From the NCBI GenBank assembly GCA_964016885.1, contig OZ024747.1, positions 682,001-746,000 on the forward strand: a DNA stretch of 64,000 bases, written 5' to 3'. Shown one piece after another: positions 1-13,452 of this stretch. The stretch comes from Eledone cirrhosa (lineage: Eukaryota). A model generated the notes under the pieces. It was given only the letters and a program-made list of their open reading frames with translations, was not told the origin of the DNA and did no database searches. The translations under genes were made by a program, and so were the position numbers. Within the stretch, counting starts at the first letter, position 1, and each line of letters opens with the position of its first letter.

Positions 1-1702
1 TACACTCCTGTCTACACTATACACCCCTGTCTACACTATACACTCCTGTCTACACTATACACCGCTGTCTACACTATACACTCCTGTCTACACTATACAC
101 CCCTGTCTACTCTATACACCCCTGTCTACTCTATACACCCCTGTCTACACTATACACTCCTGTCTACACTATACACCCCTGTCTACACTATACACTCCTG
201 TCTACACTATACACCGCTGTCTACACTATACACCCCTGTCTACACTATACACCGCTGTCTACACTATACACTCCTGTTTACACTATACACCGCTGTCTAC
301 ACTATACACCCCTGTCTACACTATACACCGCTGTCTACACTATACACCCCTGTCTACACTATACACTCCTGTCTACACTATACACCCCTGTCTACACTAT
401 ACACCCCTGTCTACTCTATACACCCCTGTCTACTCTATACACCCCTGTCTACACTATACACTCCTGTCTACACTATACACTCCTGTCTACACTATACACT
501 CCGGTCTACACTATACACCGCTGTCTACACTATACACCCCTGTCTACACTATACACTCCTGTCTACACTATACACCCCTGTCTACACTATACACTCCTGT
601 CTACACTATACACTCCTGTCTACACTATACACTCCTGTCTACACTATACACTCCTGTCTACACTATACACTCCTGTCTACACTATACACTCCTGTCTACA
701 CTATACACCCCTGTCTACTCTATACATCCCTGTCTACACTATACACCGCTGTCTACACTATACACTCCTGTTTACACTATACACCCCTGTCTACACTATA
801 CACCGCTGTCTACACTATACACCGCTGTCTACACTATACACTCCTGTCTACACTATACACTCCTGTCTACACTATACACTCCTGTCTACACTATACACCC
901 CTGTCTACTCTATACATCCCTGTCTACACTATACACTCCTGTCTACTCTATAGACTCCTGTCTACTCTATACACCCCTGTCTACTCTATACAGTCCTGTC
1001 TACTCTATACACCCCCGTCTACACTATACACTACTGTCTATCCTATACACCCCTGTCTACACTATACACTCCTGTCTACTCTATACACTCCTGTCTACTC
1101 TATACACCACTGTCTACACTATACACTCCTGTCTACTCTATACACTCCTGTCTACACTATACACTCCTGTGTACACTATACACTCCTGTCTACACTATAC
1201 ACTCCTGTCTACACTATACACTCCTGCCTACACTATACACCGCTGTCTACACTATACACTGCTGTCTATCCTATACACCGCTGTCTACTCTATACACCCC
1301 TGTCTACTCTATACACTCCTGTCTAGTCTATACACCACTGTCTACTCTATACACTACTGTCTAGTCTATACACCACTGTCTACTCTATACACCACTGTCT
1401 ACTCTATACATCCCTGTCTACTCTATACATCCCTGTCTACTCTATACACCCCTGTCTACTCTATACACCACTGTCTACTCTATACACCACTGTCTACTCT
1501 ATACACCCCTGTCTACTCTATACATCCCTGTCTACTCTATACACCCCTGTCTACTCTATACATCCCTGTCTACTCTATACATCCCTGTCTACTCTATACA
1601 CCCCTGTCTACTCTATACACCACTGTCTACTCTATACACCCCTGTCTACTCTATACACCCCTGTCTACTCTATACACCACTGTCTACTCTATACACCACT
1701 GT
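1..1702. repeat. 19-bp minisatellite (TACACTATACACYCCTGTC)n, ~89 copies, runs off the window start
   Basis: CTGTC recurs at 8, 27, 46... (period 19). The TACACT variant dominates early and TACTCT late. ORF 1169-1723 is a translation of the repeat. Confidence 0.97.
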
Positions 1703-1825
1703 CAACATAAATGTAGGGGGTAATATCTCTAAATATTCTTCAACAGAAAAACTATATCTTCAGTTGAATTATTATTTTGAATATTTTCCCCCTTCTCCAA
1801 CATTTATATAACAAGACTAGTCTCT

Positions 1826-2012
1826 AGATGGTCACTTGACCATTTAGAAATAACTGCCAAATCTCCCTCAAATCAAACTCCCACTGTCTTAAAAGTAGGA
1901 CACATTGGATAATGTAGTCCTAGATACAGTGGAATAAAAACTGGGATGATTATCAGTGAAATACTTTTGATTACAGATTTGCTTGATTAAGGTAAACTTG
2001 AAGCTAAACAAC
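1826..2012 (+). repeat. Dispersed ~200-bp interspersed repeat, SINE-like family with about 10 decayed copies in the window
   Basis: Motifs TAGAAATARCNGCCAAATCTCCCTCAAATCA, GATAATGTAGTCCTAGATACA and GCTAAACAAC. Reverse-strand copies at ~13655-13710, 15100-15200 plus 15560-15680, 50800-50950, 51727-52060, 53080-53240, 56235-56340, 56690-56790, 57455-57680 and 60050-60280. Confidence 0.75.
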
Positions 2013-2074
2013 CACATGACTGTAGTCCAGACAATCATAGCTATGTTTATGTCAGTTTGTAATATATAACAACC

Positions 2075-2275
2075 TCCCTAGTGCTAGTGTCATGATAACA
2101 TGGTACACTTTGTAAAGTGATTAGTGACAGGAAAAACACCCAGCTGAAGAAGACATGTGAGATATGGCTTCCGGCCTGTCAGGGGTAGGTTTAGGATTGG
2201 CTCTAAGTACTGGCATGATCTGTGATGACCAGTCCAACTTATGTCAGTTAAATGATGATGATGATGATGATGATA
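2075..2275 (+). mobile_element. RTE-3'-tail-derived short element ending in (ATG)n
   Basis: GTAAAGTGATTAGTGACAGGAAAAACACCCAGCTG resembles the RTE 3'UTR motif GTAAATGTGGTTGGTGTTAGGAAGGGCATCCAGCTG. Ends GTTAAA(TGA)n like the RTE copies. Confidence 0.7.
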
Positions 2276-2679
2276 TACAGTGTTGGTACTACAATAAAAA
2301 GCACAAATGAACCAGCCTATACTGTAAAGTGGTAGTGTTTGTGCCACAATAAAAAGCACCCAGTCCATCCTATTAGTTGATGGTGACAGTGCCATGATCA
2401 ATATAGGACAGACAGACTTCACTTGGCCACAGTAGCTGCAATGAAATTTGATGCTGGATTTAGTGCTGTTGTGTTGCTTTTCTTCCTCCATTATTTACCC
2501 CAAAGCCTTGCATGTATTCTCACTGGAGGAAACAGAATGGTGTATGTTACAGGAAACCAGAAGCTATAACCAGACCACTGGTTATGGTCAATGTGACATG
2601 CTTGAAGAGATTTCTTCAGAGAACCCTTGTACTTTTTCTTTCAAAACCCTTCTGTAATGGTGGCCAGTAGAACGTTTGC

Positions 2680-3300
2680 CATTCAGTGCATTCTTAGGCA
2701 GTCAATGATTCTCCATGTTGGACCTGGTCCAAGTTAGCTGTATTTTTAATAGCATGACCTCACTCCTGATGAATTCTATCTGTTCAACTACTTCAGTGTT
2801 GGTAACATTGTCTGGGAAACAAGAGAAGCATTTTTGGCAAAGTCTAGCTTTGAAATGAATTGCTTCAGTAGAAGGACCTAAGTAGCCTCAGATTGAACAG
2901 GCTGGTTGCCATCAGTGCAATATCAGATGTAGAGACCATCCTCCTCATTGAGGTCTTCTCTAGCCTTTATGAGTATTATGCAGAAAAAAGTTGATGGGTG
3001 TTGGCATGAGAATGCTGCCTTGCTTTATACTGTTTCCTATTGGGAAGGCTTTTGAAAGCATCTGACTTGGCCATACTGATCCTCATGTTAAGGAAATGGA
3101 GGGGCAGGTGGTTGGACATCCTAGTCATTCCATGATCCTCTATAGACCTTGCTCTTCATAGTATCGAATTCTTTGGTAAAGTCTATAAAAGTTAGTCATT
3201 TGTTGAGTTCCCTACATTTTTCTTGGAACTGAGGACAAATATCATATCAGTGGTGCCCTGTCAGCTCTGAATCTCTGTTGGCTCTGTTGGCTCTCTGGTG
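2680..3300 (-). pseudogene. Ancient, heavily decayed RTE-type reverse transcriptase fragment
   Basis: The reverse strand of ~3150-3275 reads, with indels, FRADRGTTDMIFVL.FQEKCRELNK..TFIDFTKEFDT, matching the RTE RT motif RGTxDMIFxLRQLQEKCRE...FIDLTKAFD. Boundaries approximate. Confidence 0.65.
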
Positions 3301-4070
3301 GGTTTAATATTATGTCAATGATGCCCCTGTTAGCTCTGAATCTCTGGTGGGTTTAATATCATGTCAGTGGTCCCCTTGTTGGCTCTCTGGTAGGGTTTTT
3401 TTTTGTAATGGCTGACACAGCTGATTACTCTTGTGAAGGTTTTCCCTGCTACTTGTGGAGTTTGGTGTGTGTAATGCTGATCCTACACTCTTTCAATGGG
3501 ATTCTTTCAAATCCTGCTGCTTTAGGGCTTTTACAGTCTGTTCAGAGATAGGGTCTTGTATAGCTCTATTGAGGGATGTGATGGATTGGTGAACCATGAA
3601 CCATGTGAGCGGAGCTAAGGAGTCAGGAAACACACACACACGTACTGTTCTATACTAACACCAGAACCAACACATTAAGCTACACTTACCTATTAATCTT
3701 TCTCTCTACTCATTCATAATATTCTACCAAAAACAGAAGCTTTTCTCTCTTCATGCTCATTTTAGGTTTAATCCATACATATAAGATATATATCAATAAT
3801 CAATAATGTTTCTCAGTACAAAGCTACATGAAACTTCATATACATTTTTTAAATTTTTTTTATGACCATGCTGTAAATGGAGGGGTAGAGAGGGCCCATG
3901 AGTCCAGTAAGACATCCTCTCTAGTGCTGGCGGCACAAATAAAAGCACCCAGTCCATGCTGTAAAGTGGCGCTGGTGTTAGGAAGGGCATCCAACCAGTG
4001 GTTGGATGCCCTTCCTATCAATGCCAAAACAATTATAAGCACAGCAACAAATATATAGGAACAACAAAAT

Positions 4071-7000
4071 ATGAAGACGTTGCATCTCAGAGTTGCAACA
4101 CTTAATGTTGGCACTCTCAGAGGTAGATCTGCTGAAATAACGGAGATGCTGGAGAGAAGGCATGTGGATGTGTGCTGTGTGCAAGAGGTGAGATGGAGAG
4201 GTGCCTCTGTGAGACTAGTTGCAGGCAAACATCTTAGCTATAAGCTTTTCTGGGTAGGTAAGGATGATGGGTTACGGGGAGTAGGCATTTTCCTGGCTGA
4301 GAGATGGATCAATAAGACAATAGAGGTAGTTTGAGTTAGTAATCGAATAATTAAGCTTAGATAAGTTGTAGGCAGGAGACTACTGACAATCATCTCTGCC
4401 TATGCTCCCCAAGCAGGCCTAGGCAAAGAAGAGAAAGACTGCTTTTACGAGCAACTTTTACAAACAACCGCAATGACAGAGGATGGAGACATCGTTATGC
4501 TAGCAGGGGACTTCAATGGTCATGTTGGACAGCTCCAGGATGGTTACACTGGAGTACATAGTGGGCACGGTTACGGCTCAAGAAATGAAGAAAGAGTGAG
4601 ACTTCTTGAATTTTTGTGATGCAAGTACACTGACTATTTGCAACACTAACTTCCAGAAACCTGCCAACCACCTAATAACTTACAAATCAGGCGAGCACAT
4701 AAGCCAGATTGACTTCTTACTAGTTAGGCAGCGGGACAGGCAGATGGTGTCTAATACCAAGGTATACCCTGGGGAAGAATGTACCCCACAGCATAGGTTA
4801 GTCGTTAGTGATATCTCAGTAAGCAAGAGATGGAATGAGACATACAGGAAGGTGTGGAGAAGAAAGGTCTGGAAGCTAAGAGACCTTTCACTAAAATACA
4901 AAAATTTAGGAAAGCCCTTCAAGATGTGTATGATGAAAAAGAAGACGATTTAGAGACGTATGACATAGATAATAACTGAAATTTCTTACGTGACAACTTA
5001 CTACAGGCTACTGATGAAACTTGTGGCTGGAACAGAGATTGACCTGGTGGTGGAACAGCACAGTAGATAGGGCCATTAGAGACAAAAGACTAGCATGGAA
5101 GGCTTGGAAAAAGGGTGGGAGAAGAGAAGGATATACAGCCGCTAAGAAAGAAGCTAGACGTCAGGTGTACTTAGCACGCAGGGAGGCTGAGAGTAGGAGG
5201 TTTGCCAATGTTCTGCGACGGGAAGACCAGAGGCGTGCGGTGTTCCACATTGCAAAGCAGTGTGTCAATGCAAATCAGGATGTTGTTGGGGAAAATGTGT
5301 CCGGAATGATGCCGGTGTACTTAGTGTCACGAATGATCAGAAAAAGGAGGCCTGGAAATGTCATTATGAGAGACTGATGAATGTGGAGAACGAATGGGAG
5401 AGAGAAATTACCCTCAGTAGATCCGACAGAGGGACCAGCTATTGAGATTGACGAATATAGGGTCCAAGAGGCGATTAAGGAAATGAAAAATGGTAAGGCT
5501 GCTGGACCTTCGGGGATAGTTGCTGAGATGCTGAAGGCATCAGGGGACGTAGGCACTAAACTGGTTGCACGCATCATCAATCAGGCTGTATATGGTGGTG
5601 TCATAGCCAAAGACTGGTGCAGCAGTATTCTCATAAATTGCTACAAAGGTAAAGGGGATGCTCTGGAGAGGAGCAATTATAGGGGTATAAAACTGATGGA
5701 TCAGGTTATGAAAGTGGCAGAAAGGATATTAGCACAAATAATTAGAGAAAGGGTCAAACTAGATGAGATGCAGTTTGGTTTTGTGTCTGGGAAGAGTACA
5801 ACAGCTGCCTTCTTGGTGAGACAATTACAAGAGAGGTTCTTAGAGAAAAATAAGCCACTATACTTAGCCTTTGTTGACCTAGAGAAAGCCTTTGATAGGG
5901 TACCCCGATCTGTCATCTGGTGGACCCTAAAGAAACTAGGTGTTGAGGAATGGCTTGTGAGGACAGTGTAAACTTTGTACAGAGGTACTGTCAGTAAAGT
6001 CAGCGTAGGAATGGAGTTTAGTGAGGAATTCCAGATACAAGTAGGAGTGCATCAAAGTTCGGTCCTCAGCTCGCTCTTGTTCCTTATAGTCCTCCAAGCC
6101 ATAACAGAGGAGTTTAAGACTGGCTGTCCATGGGAACTTCTCTATGCTGATGATCTGGTTCTTATAGCAGAATCAGTAGAGGAGCTAGAGAATACATTCT
6201 GGCTATGGAAACAGCAGTTGGAAGCAAGAGGACTGGGAGTAAACCTAGCTAAGACAAAAGTGTTGATGAGTAGAAAAGAGGGCAAAACTCTGATTCCGTC
6301 AGGGAAATGGCCATGTTTGATATGCAGAAAAGGAACTGGCATAAATTCTCTAAAATGCACACAATGCAGATCCTGGGTACACAAGGGATGTAGTGGGATA
6401 GCAGGCAAACTAACAGGTAGGGAGAAATATGTATGCAGTAGATGTACAAGGAAATTAGACAGTAGAAGTTGCATTGGTAGACACATTTTTCAAATGCAGG
6501 CGGGTGCTATAGAAGTGGTGGATAGCTTCCGCTACCTCGGAGATCAGATTAGCATGGGAGGGGGGGTGTTCCGAGGCCATAGTATCTAGAATAAGGACGG
6601 GTTGGAAGAAGTTTAGGGAGCTGCTTCCTCTGCTGACGAAGAAGGGTTTCTCCCTGCGTACGAAAGGCTGGTTATATGATGCCTGTGTGAGGAGTGCGAT
6701 GCTGCATGGTAGTGAGACATGGGCAGCAACTGCAGAGGATATGCGACGGCTGGAGAGAAATGAGGTAAGCATGCTCCGTTGGATGTGCAATGTCAATGTG
6801 TGTGAACGACCCAGCATAAATGTGTTGAGAGAGAAATAGAATGTAGTGTGCGAGAGAGGAGACTGAGGTGGTATGGACATGTGATGCGCATGGAGGATGA
6901 CCGATGAGTGAAGAAGTGCCAGGAAATGCCAGTTGAAGGAAGACGTGGTAGAGGTAGACCACGAAAAACATGGGCGGAGGTGGTGAGAACAGACCTCAGA

Positions 7001-7127
7001 TCGCTAAAGCTCACAGTGGAGATGACGAAGGACCGTGACAGGTGTGCTGAATAATACCCGACCCACCCTTGCAAGCAGGGAAAAGCGGACGTAAAATGAT
7101 GATGATGATGACGACGACGACGACGAC

Positions 7128-7130
<3 letters not shown>
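4071..7130 (+). mobile_element. RTE-clade non-LTR retrotransposon, near full length, decayed (APE endonuclease, RT, PHD finger)
   Basis: ORF pieces give APE motifs LNVGTL, CVQEVRW and GDFNGHVG, and RT motifs [21 protein letters not shown] and YLG. Many stops and frameshifts. The 3' end is GGAAAAGCGGACGTAAA(ATG)n(ACG)n followed by (TA)n. Confidence 0.95.
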
Positions 7131-7164
<34 letters not shown>

Positions 7165-7303
7165 AGTCCTGAAACATAACATGATCTGCTATTTGTAACC
7201 CAATCTAGTAACTCTCGATTGTCCTTGTTAAGAGTTGGGACTGGTTGAACTAGCAGATGGAACATGGATATTCTAGTTAATGTTTTGTTCTATCATGCTC
7301 TAT

Positions 7304-10300
7304 CATCATCATCATCATCAACGTTTAACGTCCGTGTTCCACGCTTGCATGGGTTTGGACGGGGGTAGTCCCACTTGAGGCAAGAGTGATTGTCTTGCTC
7401 GCATAGGACTGTCTGGCAGGTTTTCTACAGTTGGATGCCCTTCCTAACACCAACCACATTTACAGTGTGGGTCTGGGAGGTTTTTACCGTGTTGCCTACA
7501 CGGCCACATTACAGCGTGGACTGTGTGTTTTTTTGTCGTGACACCTACACGATCTCATTTGTTTCGGCCTCGATGGCGCGGCACCAACATAACTTTACAT
7601 AGGAGGGGGTGGTGTGGATGGGGTGGGGGTGGGGGTGGTGGGACGGGGTGTATTTTGTTAGAGATGCCTACTGGCTGGAGTAGGTTTTACTATATATTTA
7701 GGTAAGGCGGGTCTTCTCTGTTACTGAGTACCGCCAAAGGTCTCGGTCTAGTGACATTGTCTTGGAGAGGTGTAAGTGTGTGATGTCGGAGTTTATCAGC
7801 TCGTCCCAGGTTTTTCTAGGTCTGCCTATTCCGTGACTACCGTCTATCTTTATTGCCCTGCACTTTGTTATACAGCTATCGACTTTCATGCGCATCACGT
7901 TTCCATACCAACGTAGCCTTCTCTCGAGTAAACAACATCTGATCCCTCTTATCTCTAATTTTTTCCTTAGTTCGTTTTTCCTATGCTTTGCCGTTCACGT
8001 ATATTACTGTTACACATCCAGCGGAGCATGCAAGCTTCGTTCCTCTCTAGTCTGCGTATATCCTCTGCACACAATGCCCAGGTCTCACTGCCATGCAGCA
8101 TTGCTGTTCGTATGCAGGCATCGTACAACCTGCCTTTCATTTTTAGGGAGAACCCTTTAGCAGCTAATAGTGGTATAAGCTCTCTGAACTTTTTCCAACC
8201 AGTTCTGACTCTAGCTACAGTACTTTCAGAGCACCCTCCCCCACTGCTGATTTTATCGCCCAGGTAACGGAAGCTGTCCACTATTTCTATAGAACCTTCT
8301 GCGCAATTGAAAGAGCTAGTATTTTGTGGGCACTTGCTGCTACTTATTGCACCAGAACACCGGCCACATGTAAAATCTATGTTCTTAGTTAGCTTACCTC
8401 TGATCCCACTACATCTTTTATGCACCCATACTTTGCATTTAGGACATAAAATGGAGTTTCTACCTACGCCTTTCCTACACACCGAGCACGACCAGTTTCC
8501 AGAAGGGACCGCCGCCTTGTTTTCTTTCCTACAAACTAGTACTTTGGTCTTAGCCAGGTTAATTTTAAGTCCTTTTGACTCTAGGCCGTGCTTCCATGTT
8601 TGGAATTTCTTCTCTAGCTCGGCCATTGATTCCGCTATGAGTGTCAGGTCGTCTGCGTATAGGAGTTCCCATGGGCAGCCTGTCTTGAACTCCTCTGTTA
8701 TAGCCTGAAGGGCAATAATAAATAGTAGGGGGCTGAGAACAGAGCCCTGATGGACGCCAACTTTTACGCTAAACTCTTCACTATATTCGTTGTTAATTCT
8801 AACCTTGCTGACTGTTTCTTTATACATGGCTTGTATAGCCCTCACAAGCCATTCGTCAACGCCTAGTTTTCTAAGAGCCCACCAGATAATGGAGCGGGGG
8901 ACTCTGTCGAAGGCTTTCTCCAAGTCGACAAAAGCTAAGTAGAGGGGTTTACCTTTAGCTAGGTACTTCTCCTGTAGTTGTCGTACTGTGAAAAGAGCGT
9001 CTGTGGTACTTTTGCCTGACACAAACCCGAACTGCATTTCATCTAGGTCAATTCTCTCTCTGATTAGTTGCGCTATTACTTTTTCCGTGACCTTCATGAC
9101 CTGGTCGATTAATTTAATGCCTCTATAGTTACTCCTATCTAGGGCGTCTCCTTTACCCTTATAACAGTTAACGATGATGCTGCTATGCCAGTCCTTCGGA
9201 ACAACCCCATTCTGTACGACTTGGTTAACTATGCGGGTGACCATGGTGTGTCCCACCGTGCCAGATGCCTTCAGCATCTCAGCAACTATTTCCGAAGGCC
9301 CAGCCGCCTTACCCGTCTTCATATCCTTGATTGCCTTACTTATTATACTCCCCTCGACTAACACTGCTGGTCCCTCTATTGGGTCGATATGGGGGAGACT
9401 GTCTTTCTCCCATTTATTCTCCTCATTTAGTAGCCTTTCATAGTGACACTTCCAAGCTACCTTCTTATCAGCGTCGGTGATGGCAAGTGTGCCATCGTCG
9501 TTTAGTACACACTTCTCCCCGACAATATCACGGTTTTCCTTGACGCATTGCCTAGCAATCCTGAACACCTCACGTTTTTGGTCATCGCGTTGTAGAACAT
9601 GCTTGAACTTTCATTCCTCAGCTTCCCTTCTTGCTAAGTACACTTGTCTCCTAGCTTCCCTCCTGGCCACTTGATAGTCTTCTCTACTTCCCCCATCCCG
9701 CCATACTTTCCAAGCCTGCTTTTTGGCCTTAATTGACCCCTCCACCTTACTGTTCCACCACCATGTTACTCTCCTCCTGCCTACAGGCCTGCTCCAGCCA
9801 CAGACTTCGTCTGTCGCCAACAGCAGGTTTGCTTTCAGAAATTCCCACTCTCCCTCTATATTGTCCGACTCTAAATGTTCTTCCTTACTGTCGAAAGCAT
9901 CAAGTAATATGCTTTGAAATTTATTCCTGGCTGTGGGGTCCTTTAGCTTCCATATTTTTCTCCTGAGGATAGTCCTCTTCTGCTGTCGAGTACGTCTCGT
10001 CCTGACTATGAGGTCGCTAATTATCAGACTATGTTGGGAGGTGCATTCTTCATGGGGGAGGGATTTAGTGTTTACAACAGACACTCTGTCACGTCTTCTG
10101 GTAAGGATATAATCTACCTGGCTTGTGTGTTCCCCGGATCTATAGGTGATCAGGTGATTGTCACGTTTTTTGAAGTTAGTGTTACAGATAGTTAGGTTAT
10201 TTGCATCACAGAATTCCAGGATTCTGGAGCCTTCCTCATTTCTAGTACCAAACCCATAGCCTCCATGGATTTCGTCGTAGCCGTCACAATGTTGTCCAAC

Positions 10301-10730
10301 GTGATAATTTAGGTCGCCTGCAATAATTATATAGTCACTGTCGGATATTTGGGAGGTAGTTAGCATCAGTGTCTCATAGAATCTGTCTTTTATAGTGCCG
10401 GGCAGTCCGGATTGGGGTGCGTACGCAGATATTACTGTCACCGTAGTTCTATTGAGGACAAGTCGTATTTTAATTATTCTGTCGTTCACTCTATTTACGT
10501 CTATTATCTTATCTGCCCACTTTTCTGCTACCATGATTCCTACTCCACCCAGCCCATCGTCGTTTCCCACCCAGAAAAGCTTATAACATCGTTTTTTACC
10601 CTCAATGAACCTAGCAGACCCATCCCTCCACCTGGTCTCTTGAATACAACAAACATCGACCTCCTTACGTTCAAGCATTTCTACAACCTCGTTAGCGCGA
10701 CCCTTTAGGGTACCTACATTTATGGTACCA
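7304..10730 (-). mobile_element. RTE-clade LINE, near full length and young (one nonsense codon at 9611, one 5-bp insertion near 7976), 7-bp TSD GCTCTAT
   Basis: ORFs 9611-10678 (APE), 7967-9568 (RT with YADD and PHD) and 7698-7898. 3'UTR 7321-7697 and (CAT)n tail at 7304-7320. GCTCTAT at 7297-7303 and 10731-10737. Confidence 0.97.
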
Positions 10731-11705
10731 GCTCTATGTATCAGCTATTTGATGGATAATATCAGAGCAATTAAGTTGCTTTTGCTAGATTAGAAATTTA
10801 AACTCAGTTCTCTTTTTCAGCTGTCTGCCACTTAAACTATGAAATTGCTTTAGATTTTAGACTATTGATAAAATAGTAGGCACATTTTAAGAATTCTATT
10901 TAACATTTTTGTGACTATATTTCTATCAGCAATTTACAGCTTTTGTGCTTTAGTTTATCAATGTAATCAAGAATTATGAGAGGTTTTGTGTATTAATTAA
11001 CTTAATAATGGTTTCTGATTTAGGCACAAGGCCAACAGTGCATTACTGGTACTTTATTTTATCAACCCTCTAAAGATGAAAGCAAAGCTAATCTCGAAAT
11101 TTGAACTCAATTAACTAACTTAGTAATAAAAATATTTAATCCCTGAAACCAATATTATCTGTCAAGAAATAACAAGCCCAATGGCTATCTTTTTATGTTT
11201 TTTTTTTCTAGATTGCTTAGTCTTAGTTTTCATTTTGATAAATGGTGTTATTTTCAAGGTTTAAATATCCTTATTTATCACCACAGAACCCCTGTCTTCA
11301 GCCTTGTTTTACCAATGTAAGGACTACAACAGCTCCTCTGATCAACTTTCTCAGTTATATAAATGTTTGTTATATTAAGGTTTACTACAGCTACTTTCTA
11401 CCCCTTAGTCATTGCTATATATAGCAGAAGGTTCATCTCACTCATACTATTTCGAAATGCTAGTAGCTTTGGTGAAATTGGAAGTAAACAGTCAGTAACT
11501 ATTACTAAGAAATATTACTCACAGTACTGATTCTGAGACCATCAATTAGCTGTACTGTGCTCTATCAATCACAATCTCGCATTTCATTGATCTATAAACT
11601 GCTGTTTTATGAGCTGCAAATGAAATGTGATGATATATTGTGTAAGATCATATCAATAGAATAACTTTACTTTTGTAATAGGAAAGTCTTTTGTGTCTTC
11701 CTAAG

Positions 11706-11827
11706 ATAAACTTGATGGAATTCGATTTGGTAAACGGCGACGTTCAGCCTCTCCTATATTCAGCCTTGATGACTATCTTCAGCTGGACGGTTACAGAACA
11801 AGACAAACAGTACCAGGAAAAAAACGA
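11706..11827 (+). CDS. YLPM1: YLP motif-containing protein 1 (ZAP3), penultimate coding exon
   Basis: Acceptor ttttgtgtcttcctaAG and donor GTaagg, phase 1 in and phase 0 out. Translates (D)KLDGIRFGKRRRSASPIFSLDDYLQLDGYRTRQTVPGKKR, matching the vertebrate YLPM1 sequence DKLDGLR...MEDYLQLPDDY...PGKKR as I recall it. Confidence 0.88.
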
Positions 11828-12761
11828 GTAAGGATTTTTTTTTTTTTTTTTTTTCCTTCCGTCTGTCCTTATCTCCCACTAGAAACCTTTTAGTGTAACT
11901 GTAAGATTGAATTAATAAGTATGGTTGAAAAACTACCATGTATTAAAATATAATTAGCTGTTAATATAAAGAATGGTGGTCTCATGTGGAGATGTTATAG
12001 AGTGAAGACCCTTTAAGACAGAGCAAGACGTTAGCATCGGCCAATGGCAACTTCTTTCTTCATCTTTTAACGGTGTTCATCCTATTTTATAGCATCTCTG
12101 CACATGAGACAACCATCCTTTATATTAACTTTATCCCCTCAGTGCTTCGTAAAAATCCGAGAGATCAGCTACATATACATGATAATTAGCTCTATTTAGG
12201 TATAAATTATTATAAAAGTTAACAACTATATATTATAAATAGTTGACTGAATCTTGTAAAAGTATGTAACTCTATCTAAATATCTAAAACATCATATTGG
12301 TAAATAAATAGAAACCATTATAAATTAAAAAAATAATCAATTCTACATACAATATAAATAATTAGGAATTATAATTGATGATAAATCATTAATTATAAAA
12401 TAATGATAATCTGTAGGTTTTAAAAATACAATTATTTGAAGCATTATAAACAGTTTGTAAAGAATATAAATAACTAGTGAAGCCATTGTAAAATAGAAAT
12501 AAAAACTATTTTTTAAATACAGGTCTACCTCAGCTTATATTGTCAAAAGTTTTGTCACTTTTGAAGTTACAGCAGTTTTTCTTAAAATTATGACAAAACT
12601 AAACCTCATGTTATGTCAGCCAACTCAACTTTATGTTGGTCTGACAAAAATATTAAACCATAAAAAACACTATAAAAGGCAATAAAACATAAAATCACAT
12701 TTAAATAAATGCTAAAATATATAACATAATGTAATGTAGGGAATACCTAGGGTTTATGGAG

Positions 12762-12899
12762 GGTAGACCTGTACACTGAGGTAGACCTGTACACTGAGGT
12801 AGACCTATATACTGAGGTAGACCTGTACACTGAGGTAGACCTGTACACTGAGGTAGACCTATATACTGAGGTAGACCTATACACTGAGGTAGACCTGTA
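12762..12899. repeat. 18-bp minisatellite (GGTAGACCTRTAYACTGA)n, ~7.5 copies
   Basis: Direct tandem repeats visible in the sequence. Confidence 0.95.
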
Positions 12900-13452
12900 T
12901 TGGAACATTTCTGTAAACACACATTAGTGACTTATTAATATTTACAATAGTTGTATAGTTCAGTATAGTGACTTATTAATATTTTTAGTAGTTATATAGT
13001 TCAGTATAGTGAGTGATTTGTCTAAATTGTAGATACAGTTGGTGTGTTTTGTGTAAGGCTGGGTTGCCTTTTCTTAAGAAAAGCAACCACTCAATGTTGT
13101 TGCTAGACACTGCAAAATAAGAAAATATTTAATTTATAGAAGCTGTAGGTTGCAAAAAGGAAGTAAATTAGAAACGATTTGAGAGATGAGAGGAGTTTTC
13201 ATTACGTAAATCTAGGTGGTTATCAGTCTCAGCTGAAAGGAGCAACTTATACAGTATTATCATCATCATTGTCATTACCTGCTTATAATCTATTTGTAGT
13301 CTAGATAGATTTGCTTGGTAATAGTTTGCTAAACAATTGGAATATGGTGTGTGTACACATATGCTCAAACTTGTACATGTTCTTGAAGCAAGCTGTTGAA
13401 CTCCAGTTGACTTCTAATCAAACAGAGCTTTGATCATTGTTTGTTTATTTAA

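Noticed and set aside
1720-1770. Minus-strand CUGAAGA...GAAA hammerhead-like motif
   Set aside because: Stem II is weak and stem I strands do not pair; consistent with chance in AT-rich DNA.
11706-11745. DKLDGIRF-G-KRR looks like an RFamide neuropeptide precursor
   Set aside because: The exon splices in frame to VRWAD...ALNRTKYI and the whole peptide matches the YLPM1 C-terminus, so the GKRR is coincidental.
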